The notes under the pieces are model-generated. The model was given only the letters and a program-made list of their open reading frames with translations, did no database searches and had not been told where the DNA came from. From the NCBI GenBank assembly GCA_946965045.2, contig OX337229.1:5890001-5954000 (forward strand): a stretch of DNA of 64,000 nt, given 5' to 3'. Below, piece by piece: positions 51,451-62,977 of the stretch; the first letter of the stretch is position 1, and every line of letters starts with the position of its first letter. Made by a program: the position numbers and the translations under genes. This DNA is from Epithemia pelagica (taxonomy: Eukaryota > Protista > Bacillariophyta).

Positions 51451-54314
51451 ATGAGGATGCCTCTTGTCTGGACCCTACTACTACCATCATCATCATCATC
51501 ATCAGTATCCTGTTCTCATGCGCAGGTATCCCTGCTGCAGCTGCTACTTCTGTGGTTGCCGTTCGGCGCTGTGGCCGAAACTCGCCCCACGGCAAATCGA
51601 CAATTCTTTCCCAACAATGCCGACAATACGGGGACCTGCGACATTCCACCCTACCAAGACAAGGCCTTTGTACCACAAGAGGGCATGTGCAAAAGTGACA
51701 CAACTATTTCGCTTGCCGAATTACTCAACAATCCCAGTCTGTTGGACCGCTTGGCCGTCGCCTATGCGCCCTACTTGTATTTTCATCCCCTCGAACGGTT
51801 TACCATGAGTGCCGTCAATCGAACCTTGGACGATCCGGACATGGGCAAAGTGTTTTTGAATCATGCCGATGGCATTGTCTTGATGGATGACACGCTCAAC
51901 CCGCAAACCCTGCTCGATACGACCCGCAATGTCGACTATGCCTTGTTTTCGCACCTCTTCTTTTTGGAATACCAAATCAATGACACCTCGCTCTTGGCGT
52001 ATAATGCCTACAATTTCAATGACACGTCCGTCTTGGACGAGTTGTTGGAGGAGGATGATTATCGATTGGGCGATGGCTTTGAGGAGGAAACGGGTCGTGC
52101 GGTGGCACCTCTCTATTACAATGTCTACGATTCCGGCAATGGGACTGTCACTTTCAATTACCACTTGTACTTTACCTGGAGTGGACCGGGCAACTTTGGC
52201 GTCTTGACCAGTTACAATGGGACCAGTCAATACACCCGCATCCTGGCCACCCCCTATGGCGTTCACGAAGGCGATTGGCAAATGCTCAGTGTGACTGCAT
52301 GTCCTTCTTCGTCCGATGAGTTGCCCTCGCCCGTGGCCGTCACGTTTCGACAAGATCAAGGAAGGTTTGGTCAAGTTTACGATTGTACGGCCGGCGAGTG
52401 TACCTTTCACGAAACCAGTGTCACGCATCCGGTCGGCTTTGTGGCCTTGAATACCCACGACGTGTATGCCATGTCGGTCAAGGAACTGGTCTACGACGAA
52501 GCCTGGCCCTTGGAATTTTGGGTCAATTTGCAAGGCTTTTTGAGCATTCATCGGACTTCCTACTTGGACGACGAGGGTCAATTTCGACGCTACGAACCCG
52601 TCGATGCGACCAATGTCGTGCGCTTGGCCGAACCGGCCGACATTCCCCAAGCCGTTGATCCCTCGGACTATTGGATCGCCTTTGGAGGTCAATGGGGCCG
52701 TCCCACCACGAATCAGACCTTGTTTGGTTCCGACCAAATCCCCCTCTGTCTCGACAATGCCACGACAAACGTGGTGGACTGTCCGACGGCGGCAGAAAAT
52801 CCCATTTACGATATTGTCTTGCAATTAATGGGCATTCTCAAACCGACCACGCCCTTGATTGAAGGGGCCTCCCTCTTGGTGGACTTTTTGAACTCGAATC
52901 AGTTGGGGGTCGCAGCCTATGGACCGGCGGCTCATCCCAATTACAAGGCTCTCACCTTACCGGGCAATGCGCCCTTGTGGAGTCGTCCCGTCATTAATGC
53001 CAGTGACACGGGTGCCATCTACTGCGAAAAATTGCTGGAAATTCCCGATACCTTTCGGACCAATCCCTATCACGACATTTTGGATGTCGAAGAGACCTTG
53101 TACGATGTCATTCTCATGTGTGCCCTCTTTACCATTGGCAGTGTCGTTTACTTTATCGGTCTCAAGTTTATTGAAGTCCGTCAAGTCTTTCAAACGGACG
53201 AACAAGGCAATATTTTGCCACCCAAATTCAAACATGACAAATTGTGGGTCTACCATTGGGCCATTGTCTATTCCGGTTCCTATGTCGTGGCCGCCGTGGG
53301 CTTTGTCTTGTTTTTTATTGGCCACTATCACTTGTTTGAATTGCTCAATGAATTTTTTGGCAGTAGTTACGATCAATTGATTACACTCTTTCGGCTGATT
53401 GGTGCCCTGTTAATGCTCATTGATACCTTTCTCCTCATTTTGATTTGGTTGCGCTGCGAAGATACCTGGCGGACCATGCAACGGACCTATTTTGAAATCT
53501 TGGGCGACGACCAAGGACGGGCCGCCTTTGAAGCCTCCCTGCGCTGTGCCTTGGATACCCCCAAGGTGGTAATGTGGTATGCCGTGACCATGGGATTGAC
53601 CTTGACCTGTCTCTTGTTTGCGACACTCATGGCCGTGCTGGGGGTCATTAGTGCCGGAATGGCCTATGCGATTGGAGAAATTTGTCGCGATATTGTCGGA
53701 TCCTTGGAAGGGATTTGTTTTGATTTCAAACTCTTTGGAATGGATTCCGTTCAATGTGGAGAAGAATTTTTTACCTTTTGCAATGGTACGACTCTCTCTA
53801 TGCTGCATGTGTGTGTGTGTGTATTGTCGAAGATGCCGTGTCGTGTACAGTCACTCAACTCACTTATCGGCTGTACTATTGTCCTTCTTTTCTCTCTCTC
53901 TATTTACACTCGATTTCGTGCTCTTCTCCTACAGAATGGGCACAACGAGAAATTGTGCTAACCTTATGGGGTGCCTTTGTCGTGGTGATTGGTCACTTCT
54001 TTTTGATTGCCTCGGCTTCCATTACCAACATTATTATACGGTCCGTAGAGCGGGAGATTGCCGTGTTGCGCACGCGAGATCGATATATCTATTCCTTGGG
54101 TCCTGCTGTTCCGCAAGGAGAGAGCAAGGATGATTCCTTGGGTCCCAGTCCGCCCAATGGTCCGGAATCGCCCGAACGAATCCTGTCGGAAAAAACACTG
54201 CAGGTAATTCAAGAAGCGGAGCAAGGCAGTGGCATACAGGACGAGAACGGGGTGCTTCCTCGGGAAGATGCTTCTGGTTCTCATGTGGACGAAACCAAAG
54301 AGAGTGAAGGGTGA
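51451..54314 (+). CDS. Vps62-like domain membrane protein with multi-TM C-terminus, 2 exons
   Basis: Signal peptide; YAPYLYFHPLERF, FNYHLYF, GVHEGDWQ, THPVGFVALNTH and WIAFGGQWG; about 5 TM segments. Exons 51451-53785 and 53935-54314. Confidence 0.75.
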
Positions 54315-54873
54315 AGATGGAACTGTTCCAAACTCAATGGGTGAAACAGACTCACGGACGCCACTCGATAGCCATGCGTCACGCCGGGATCGGGACTCGG
54401 CACAAACATGTGTGTTTTTGCTCCGTCGCCATAAATACGCATGGGACAACGTTTGTCAAGAGACGCTCACCCAAACATGTGTGTGTGTGTTGAAGAAAAT
54501 GGATGCAAAGTTCTTGTTGAAGTAGTAGTAGTAGTAGAAGAAGCTGACTAAACGTGTTGAATGTTTGAACTAATGTCGAAACAACCTTGTCGGCTTTGCA
54601 TCGTCTTTCGAGTATTCGAGACCACTCAAATTCTCCAAAACAAAATGTAAAAGAGCCTGTTGCGTGATGACACTCCTCGTGTATTCTTAATAGCCCAGTC
54701 GTTGAATGTGCTTTCCATCGTCTTTGGATTATGACATACCACTCAAAGTCTCAAAGACAAAGCGTAGAAGAGTATCTTGCGAGATGACACTCCTCGTGTA
54801 TTCTCAATGGCCCCATCGTAGTGGAGGATTATTCTCTCGAGTGTGTTGTTGTTGTGCGGCAGCCATCCAGTCG

Positions 54874-56886
54874 TCATGGCGTCCCATTTCCTCGATGATT
54901 CGGATTGGCGTTTGGTACAGAATGGTAGACGGGCAAGAATCGGTGTGGTTGCTCATACCTTGCAAGGGTGCGAGCAAGAGAAGGAGATGGACGAACAGCG
55001 GGTCCTTGTCCTGGATACGACCTGAGTTCATGCTCATCAACACTCTCCTCTTCTTCAACTTCATCATCTTCGTCCTCCGAGTCATTGTCTCCGGACGAGC
55101 CCACCTCTTTTTGGCCAAGTGGCAATCGTTTTGTATTCCTCATGGACTGTTCTGTTGTTGCTGCTGCGGAGGCGTTCAAGGATTGTTGTTGTTTTTGTCG
55201 TTGCCGCGAGATCCATTCAAAGCCAATGGAATTCAAGAGTTCAATCTTGTGGGGTGTCAAATCGGATTGATTGTTTCCTCGTTTGCCCCGTTGGAGTTCC
55301 CAATATTTGACGCGTTGTTTGTGGACCCAACTCCCCAAGCCAGGCATACTTTGTGGGACACTGGTATGTCCATGGTCTCGTTGAAACTCTTGCAACTCTT
55401 GAAATCGCTGTTCCCACTTGACCCGCGTCAATTGTGTGGGACGTTTCTTGTCGTTGCTCTTCCACGCAAAGCCATGGGCCGTGAGTCGATTCATTTGTTC
55501 GGTGGTCAAATTGTTGGGTTTGCCATCTTGTTCCTGTGCCACTTTTTTGTGTCGAATCCACGAGACCCATTGTCCCAATCCGTCGGGGGAAAAGGCCGGT
55601 GGATCTTTGCCATTGTGTTGGGCGCGATAATCGAGCCATTGTTGAAAGCGTTGTTCAAACTCCCGACGGGGTTTGGGTTGAAATTCAAAACCAATGTCGT
55701 ACAAACGTTGCAACCGATGGGTCGTCAAGAGAGTCGATTCTTGACCGGCTTGTAATTTCTTGTACTCCTTGCGTTGCTTGTCCAACCAGGTACGGAGTGT
55801 TTTGATGGGTCCATTATTCGTACTGGGATGGCTGGGCACAATGGAATGGCCATGTTCTTGAATGAATTGTTTCATTTCCTCAAAACGAGCTTCCCATCGT
55901 TCCGTCTTTTTCGTGCTTGCTGGTTGTGGTTTGGATTGCTGCGTTGTTGGCGCTGTGGATGGTTTCGTTGTGGCGGCTGTTGTGCGTTGTGGTGATGCTT
56001 GTGAAGAGGAGTGTCGTCGTCGCTTGGCAGGAGGTGCAACGACCGTGGCGTCCGTTGCGATTGGTTCGGGACCAGCAGTAGTAGTTGTGGTGGTTGTTGT
56101 CGTTGGGAGACGTTTTCGAACCAACTCGGCCGTGACACCGACATCGTCCAATCGTTGGACGAAATCGGGCGGCAAAAAGTTGGGATCCAAGGCCGCTTCC
56201 GGATGTTCCGGATTGTCGATGCGGGCTTGTCGCAGGGCACTGCGAATAAAACTAAGCCACTGACCCAATCCATGATACTTGGCCGCATCCTCGGCGTTGA
56301 ATGACGCTAGATTTTGAGGTACCTGCACATGACCAAACTGCGCTCGAAATTCTTTGAGCAATGCGAGATTGGCCAAATACTTGGTTCGTCGGGTCCGAGC
56401 TCGAGCACCACCATTGTGGTACTGTCGTTCAAAGACAAAGCCCAGATTGCGCAACAAGGCCAATTTTTCCACCGTAAATGTCGTTGTTGTCGACGTTCGT
56501 TTCTTGTCGTACCAATACCAATGATGACGGCCTTCGAGCTGATCGACAAAGACGGTATAGTCGCAATGCTGTTGTTGCACCCATCGATACAAGGCGGAAC
56601 CATCGTTGGGGACCTTGGTATGACCCGTCACTTGAGCAAATTGTTCCAACAATTCAAATTGTTTGCGCCATTCGCGATCCATTCCAGCATCATCCCTCTT
56701 TGGATGATGATTGGTGGTGGCAACGGCAGCCTGACGGTTGGTACTTGCAATGGTTGCCGCTGCGTGTACCTCCGCCCGCTCGTCGTCGTCGAACGAATCT
56801 TCTTCTTCTTGTTGTTGTTCCGCCAAGACGAGAGAGCGATCCTCCTCCTTATGGTCGTGGGTGTCGCTCTCGTCGTGGTCCACCAT
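54874..56886 (-). CDS. Helicase-associated (HA) domain repeat protein, 5 repeats
   Basis: Repeats such as WEARFEEMKQFIQEHGHSIVP...LRTWLDKQR...RLQRLYDIGFEF and WEQRFQELQEFQRDHGHTSVP...LGSWVHKQR...KIELLNSIGFEW. Confidence 0.88.
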   Translation of the reverse strand: MVDHDESDTHDHKEEDRSLVLAEQQQEEEDSFDDDERAEVHAAATIASTNRQAAVATTNHHPKRDDAGMDREWRKQFELLEQFAQVTGHTKVPNDGSALYRWVQQQHCDYTVFVDQLEGRHHWYWYDKKRTSTTTTFTVEKLALLRNLGFVFERQYHNGGARARTRRTKYLANLALLKEFRAQFGHVQVPQNLASFNAEDAAKYHGLGQWLSFIRSALRQARIDNPEHPEAALDPNFLPPDFVQRLDDVGVTAELVRKRLPTTTTTTTTTAGPEPIATDATVVAPPAKRRRHSSSQASPQRTTAATTKPSTAPTTQQSKPQPASTKKTERWEARFEEMKQFIQEHGHSIVPSHPSTNNGPIKTLRTWLDKQRKEYKKLQAGQESTLLTTHRLQRLYDIGFEFQPKPRREFEQRFQQWLDYRAQHNGKDPPAFSPDGLGQWVSWIRHKKVAQEQDGKPNNLTTEQMNRLTAHGFAWKSNDKKRPTQLTRVKWEQRFQELQEFQRDHGHTSVPQSMPGLGSWVHKQRVKYWELQRGKRGNNQSDLTPHKIELLNSIGFEWISRQRQKQQQSLNASAAATTEQSMRNTKRLPLGQKEVGSSGDNDSEDEDDEVEEEESVDEHELRSYPGQGPAVRPSPSLARTLARYEQPHRFLPVYHSVPNANPNHRGNGTP

Positions 56887-56989
56887 ACTAATACAAGGGC
56901 ACCTGCACTAATGAAGCTTGCTCCTATGGTTCATTGAGCACATCCGCTTTACTCTGATGATGGCTAGAGGAATACTTAGCGATGTGATA

Positions 56990-57415
56990 GAAGTGATAGT
57001 TCCGTCTGTAGGTCGTACGGTACGGCGCGGAAGTCGGACTTCCGCCATTTCGCCGCCGCGCATGTTCGCCGCCGCGCATGTTCATGCTTTCAGACCCATG
57101 GTTTTTCTGCTATGCTCACAAAATACAAAACGCAAAAACAACCACAACCAAAACAAAATCAATCAACAATTACCAAGAAATCATCGTCATCATCCTCAGC
57201 ATGTCCGTGAATCCCAAAACTATTGCCGTCCTTGGAGCCCTTGGAGGCCAGGGCGGTTCTGTTGTCAATACCTTTCTCTCGTCGCCGTCGTCCTCCTCCT
57301 TTAAAATCCGAGGTGTGAGTCGCAATGGGAACCAGCAGCATCTACTACATAATAGTCTGCTATTCCGTATTCGTTTGAAATTGCCGTCGTACTACCACAG
57401 TGTCGTCACACCGTA
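56990..57415 (+). pseudogene. Inverted, internally deleted copy of the NmrA-like gene with its promoter
   Basis: 57001-57325 matches the reverse complement of about 30430-30730 (VNPKTIAVLGALGGQGGSVVNTFLS..FKIRGVSRN), then jumps directly to the sequence just beyond the NmrA stop. Confidence 0.88.
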
Positions 57416-57479
57416 ATCGACCAAGCTAGTCGTCCCGTAGAGAAAACAAGGCCTTTTATAGTCGTGATGATCGTCCTGG

Positions 57480-57680
57480 TTGTTTTCGTCGAGAGGTGTC
57501 AAGTTGTCAAACGAGTTGTTTTGGTCGAGAGGGGTCAAGTTGTCCAAGAGTTTCCAGAGTTGCCATCCGGTCGACTGTACCTACTACTACTCGTTGAGGA
57601 GCGACAAAAAGGCTTCATACTCGGGATCCGTTTCGCCCAGGGTGTTTTCGTCGAGCGGTGTCAAGTTGTCAAAGAGTTGC
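57480..57680. repeat. Three copies of a ~33-bp unit (fourth copy inverted at 29428-29468)
   Basis: GTT(G)TTTT(C/G)GTCGAG(A/C)GG(T/G)GTCAAGTTGTC at about 57480, 57515 and 57643. Confidence 0.8.
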
Positions 57681-58927
57681 AACGGATCCTCCTCCACGAC
57701 CAAACAGGAAGTACGAGTATCGGGCGGTGCAGTCTCGGCCATGGCCGTTTCCAACGAAGTGTTAGTCGGCAAGGATTCGGCGTCGGTGGGTGCCGTTTCG
57801 AAATTCTCACACGACGTGCTGGACGAATTGGTGTTGGTTGTGGAACGTGGCGCGGCTCGGGGACGACTCGTACTACTAGTACTGCCACTATTCCGTAGGG
57901 GATGCACCAACTCGCACACATAAAAGGAATGTTCCAAGGTGACAATCTGAAAGGCATAGACGAGATCCATCTCTTGAGCGATACTACGACTCTTGGACGA
58001 GCCGGCCGTGGCATGGTTGCCAAACAGGACGACCTGGAGTCGATTGAGTCGAATGCATTCGGGTGTCTTGTGGGGAGTGGTGTACCGGGACATTTGGTAG
58101 TGAATGGCCGTGGTAAACTTGGTAAAATCGGCCGGTCCGTGGAGAAACAATTGCACGACGGGCTTGTCATTGGCCTTCCAGGTTTGCTCCATGGACCACA
58201 CCGAACAAATGTCTTGCTCAAACTTGGACGAGGCCAAAAAGAAGGACTGTCCATTCTTGGCCTCGCGTACCATGACGTAGCGATGGTCCAAACAATCCAG
58301 TCGACACAAACTTCGCAAGGCTGTGGGTAAGTCCTCCCAACAGAGTGGTGGTGGATTGGTTTCACCGCCATCACCACCCGGAGGTGCATGGTACAAGAGG
58401 GGTTCAATAATGTGTCGACGCTACGGGCAAAAGACGTCGTCCATGGGCACGTGACATTTGGCGGCCAAATGACAGGCCCGTTCCAAGAGGGTAAAGGAAC
58501 GTCGGGCCAAGGCAAAGGACGACCACGAATGAATGAGGTAGCGTATCCCATAGTGTAACTTGTGGGGTGATGAACCAGCATCAGACGCCGCCGCCAAAGG
58601 AGTCTTGACCAACAAGGCATGCAAGAGGTTGCCATCTTCGGAGGACGGTACGGATTGTTGTTGTTGTTGAGGAGGAGAAGAAGCGTCTCTTTGGGATGGG
58701 TGGTTGTTGTCGTCCAACAGTGGTGACGGTTCCACTCGGCTAGTATCATTGTCATTGTCGTCATGAGGCACGGATCGTGGTCTCTTTCTGCTACCTGCTT
58801 GTCGTCGTCGTGTCACTCGTGCCACACAGGCAATTCCCAACCGCGTGCAGCGAGAACAGCTTGCTCCCAACCGTTCGTCTCGGTCGCAACTCTTTTTGGC
58901 GCGATGACATTCTTCACACGACGGCAT
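57587..58927 (-). pseudogene. Zn(II)2Cys6 binuclear-cluster transcription factor interrupted by one in-frame TAG (58421-58423)
   Basis: C-EE-C-HRAKKS-C-DRDERLGAS-C-SR-C-TRLGIA-C at the N-terminus. ORFs 58421-58927 and 57587-58396 share one frame: ...DDVFCP*RRHIIEPLLYHAPPG... Confidence 0.75.
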
Positions 58928-59363
58928 GGGGCATTTCGCGTTGTCGGTTCACCTTTTTTTCTCGTACACAAGAATTGTCCGTCGAAAATGACAGCAGCAG
59001 TGCTGGGGACTGTCCCAACAGCACGGTTCAAAGGACTTGTGTGTCAACGAAGACAAGAGCAAAGAGTCGATGGAGAGTTTGGGATCTTTTTTTGCACCAG
59101 ACTCCACAACAGCAATTGCCAATGGCTCCCTTCCTCTTCCGAATAGATCAAAAAAACGAAGCCAAGGAGTTCAAGGACAGAAAAGACAGAACCTTTCTCG
59201 TCTCATGGAGCAGCGGCATCGCATATCTCAAAGATTCGACGCGCCAGCCATGCGAATCAATGTGGCGCGCACGTCTGCGCGGCGCCATGACGTACAGCGG
59301 AGAGACCAAACCAAAAGCAAAAGTTCTTCGAGAGATCACACAAAAATCGCAAGAGGTCCACAG

Positions 59364-60510
59364 ATGACGATGAGGATGATGATGATGCATAGACCAAAGT
59401 ACCTTGCAACGAGGACAGTGGGTATTTGGATCCTCCTCCTTGCGTCGTGTTGGGGTTTGTCGTGCGGTCTGGGCCTGTCGTCAGGACCACCCATGGTTTC
59501 TCCTCCTCCTCCATCCGCAACAACAACAACGTGTGGTGCAGCAGATTCCAGTCGGTACCGTTCCTACTACTCCTCACCCTCCTCATCACTCGAGCAAGGA
59601 GTTGTCACATGGTTGGCGTTGCGGCGAGAGCCAAGTTCCAACGTTGGGTCATTTGCGGACGCTTCTTCTTGGAAAGATCGGGTCGGGAGCTTTGCAGACG
59701 TTGCAATCGTTGTTTCGGCCCTGGCAACGTGTGTTGCAACCGTCGGTGGAGCAGTCCTCGCTACTAGGTGGAATGACAGGGACGAAAAACGGTTCCACAG
59801 GGAGGAAAGGGAGGCAGAGAAACGGAAAATTGAAAGGATCAAAAAACAAATCCGAGAGCTTGAAATAGATCAGCTCCCGTGTACGTCCACACAAGGAATC
59901 CTCTGTCTTGTTGTTGTTGTTGTTATACTACTTTTGCACCCTCTTACTTTGGTTTGGGGTGTCATTCGTTGTTGTGACAGATGGCCCATCTTCGGAACGG
60001 TATCACTGGTACGTGGAACTGATTGAACAGGACCAATCCGACTGCTTTCGTTTGGAACAGAATGCCTTGCAAATGGCCCACGGTAGGAGAACTGCCGGCA
60101 CGGGAGTATGCGGTCCCGGGCCAACACTCTATACTAACACCAATCCATTTCTCTCTATTTCTCTCGTGATAGACCATTGCAACAATGACCTAGAACGAGA
60201 AATGATCCAGGAGGACATTGAGTTTCTCAAAAGTAAACGGCTCCGTCAGTTACTCCTCCAAGAATCTCGTCTCCACACTGGGACTCCGGCACTCTTGAAG
60301 CAATTCCGAGAGGAACTACGCCAAGGAGCGGGTGAAACCGACAGTCTTGTTTGGTGGTCACCCACGTACGAAGCACAAGTCCAGAAGCAACTCCGGGACC
60401 ACAAGAATGTGGACTCGGTTCGGTCCAAACGCAACACCTGGACCAGAAGAATGTGGACTCGATTCGGGTCTAGTAGTCAAGTGGTTCCCGGTCCAAGAGA
60501 AAAAAAGTGA
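59364..60510 (+). CDS. Hypothetical membrane protein (signal peptide + one TM + coiled region), 3 exons
   Basis: Exons 59364-59880, 59981-60082 and 60173-60510 join in frame via gtacgt..cag and gtagga..tag introns; branch point TACTAAC at about 60132. Confidence 0.65.
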
Positions 60511-60825
60511 GATTGGCGAGTTTCAGGCCACAAGAACTGTAATTGTAGGGCCGACAAAAGAGACCCCGTCCCGTGTTGGTATCCTTTTTGCAGTCTCTTC
60601 TTGGCATGGTTCCAGTCGACAAGCCTGGACGTTCCAAGCAACTAGATTGCGTTGCCAATACTCCTACTCGTAGAGAGCAATTGGCGAAACTTCCAATGGG
60701 TTGCTGAGAGGTCTAGTTTAGTTTAATAGGTAGTATGCGAGCGGTCTGACCTTCTGACGTCTGGGTAGAAATCTTAGTAAACGCATTTGGGTCGCCCGAG
60801 AGAGTCCCTCAACGGGTTTCGTCCG

Positions 60826-62977
60826 ATGACCGGCGAAACCCAACGAGAGAGACCAAACGACACCACCATGGCCACACCAGAGGTGCCGAACGAGCATCCT
60901 CCCCCTCCCAGCAACATCAACAACAACAGGAAAGAGAACGAGGAGGACCGAGGCGATTCCATTCCACCGGATGCAACCAAAGAGGAGGGTCGTCATCATT
61001 ATCCCATGTTGACCCGTCGTGACGAGGGTCGACTCCGGACTGCCTTTTGGGGACAATGGGCACATCATCGCAAACGACGTCTGGCCTGGAATAAGCTACA
61101 ACAACAAGAAGAACAACAAACGAGTTCCAATAGGACGGATTCGCCAAACCGACAACAACACAAGACTCTCCAGGAACGTGTTCAATGGCGTCTCGTGATG
61201 AGGAATACAGCCGCGGCCAGTGGATCGCAAGTCGGCACGCTCCCCTTGTCCAATTGTCACACCATTATGTGGACGGGGGACATTCAATTGGGGACTCCTC
61301 CACAAACTTTTGCCGTGGATATTGATACGGGATCGTCCGATTTGTGGGTTCCGTCCACAAAATGCGATGCCAGTTGTTTGGAATATCCCCCCGACTGGCG
61401 AACCTACAATGAAACGGCCAGTAGCACCTACCGCGTCGCCTCGGACAATGCGGCCTTGAATGCCTTTTCCAGTGAATACGTCGATGGTGAATCCATGACG
61501 GGAGAACATGCCATTGATGTGTTGCAATTGGGACCGTCGGTTCGGATTCAAGATCAAGTCTTTGCGCAAGTCACCTCCTTTGGAGAATACACCTCGTGTT
61601 CGGGCGAAGAGGGATTGTTGGGTTTGGCCTTTTCGGAAATTTCCTCACACAAATTTCCCACCACAATCTCCAATCTCAAGTCGGTCTTGACGCATCCCAT
61701 TTTTAGCATGTACCTGGATCGGACCGTCGATGATTATCCCGGAAGCATTTTGGATCATGAACACGAAACAACCAAAACCGCTGCCCATGCCACGAGTGCC
61801 AATTCCGGTCTCTTGTTGGGCAGTGTCGACTCCCAAAAGTATACGGGATGTCTCTCGTGGCACGAGTTGGGACAATTCAAGGAATTGAGTGGGGCCACCT
61901 TTCGGGGCTATTGGGATTTTAAACTGGACAAGGTCTTGTTTCAAGGAGAGGAAATTCCCCACAGTTCCCTCGCCTTGGTGGATTCGGGGTCGAGTTTTCT
62001 CTTGGGACCCACGGATGCCGTGGGACGAGTGGCCGCCTTGGCCGGTGTCGATTGCATTGCCATGGATGACTATGACATGCCCAATTTTGTCGATTGTGCC
62101 GATGCGGGCAATTGGGATACGGCCGCCTACGATTGTGACATGGAATTGGGAGACTTGCACTTTGTTGCCGACGGGGTGCATCATGTCTTGACCCAAGACG
62201 ACTTGACGGACCGATTGGAAACCGAGGCGGGCGAAATTTGTGTCTTGAGAATCGTCGGAGACTTTGAATTGCCGGGATGGAGTAAGTATAGAGTATTGGT
62301 TGTGATTCTTGTTTGTGGTGGTGGTCGTGCAGTTTGGAATGAGGAAACAGTGGGCGTGGACAGCATGTAGACACAAGACGGGTCCATGGGTCCCTACCTT
62401 TTTCTTACAATGTTCTTTTTTTCTTCCTCTCATTGTGGATTCTTGTTGTTGTTGTTGATGTTGTTCTTGTATAGTTCTGGGAGACCCCTTTTTCAACGCA
62501 CATTATGCCGCCTTTGACATTGCCCAACGACGTGTCGGCTTTGCTCCCTTGGCGGCGGCGCCAGACGACGACCAGGAACGAACGCGGTGTGACGCCGATT
62601 GGCCACTCGACATTGCCAACACGAATGTCGTAGTAGAAGGGCCACCCCTTCCACCACCACCGGCCAAGGATCCATCAGTACCACCGCCCGAGAGTGTCCC
62701 ATCACCACCGGTGGAGGAAGAACCCACCAGATCTCCGCCCATGCCTAGTATTCCATCGACACCGTCCTCCTCCTCCTCGACTTCTTTGCAAAGTGGTGCA
62801 ACCATGAATCCCGACACGGTCAAACTTCTGGGAGGCCTAGTACTCGTCTTTTTGGTGGGCATGGGATTTGGCTGGGTCCTCTTTCGAAGACGACAACGGG
62901 GATACAATTATCGACAACAACGATACAGTGAATTTGCGGCGGCCGAAGTAGATTTGGGAGCCCTCGAACTCACGTAG
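60826..62977 (+). CDS. Pepsin-family (A1) aspartic protease with C-terminal TM anchor, 2 exons
   Basis: IQLGTPPQTFAVDIDTGSSDLWVPS, GLLGLAF, ALVDSGSSF, and W|ILGDPFFNAHYAAFD..RVGFA. Exons 60826-62281 and 62475-62977; TM LLGGLVLVFLVGMGFGWVLF. Start uncertain. Confidence 0.9.

Noticed and set aside
58330-58425. Intron that would remove the TAG in the Zn2Cys6 gene
   Set aside because: The only nearby donor (gtagcg) differs from the gtaag/gtacg/gtgag/gtagg donors seen elsewhere. There is no pyrimidine tract or branch point, and the frame reads as protein straight after the stop.
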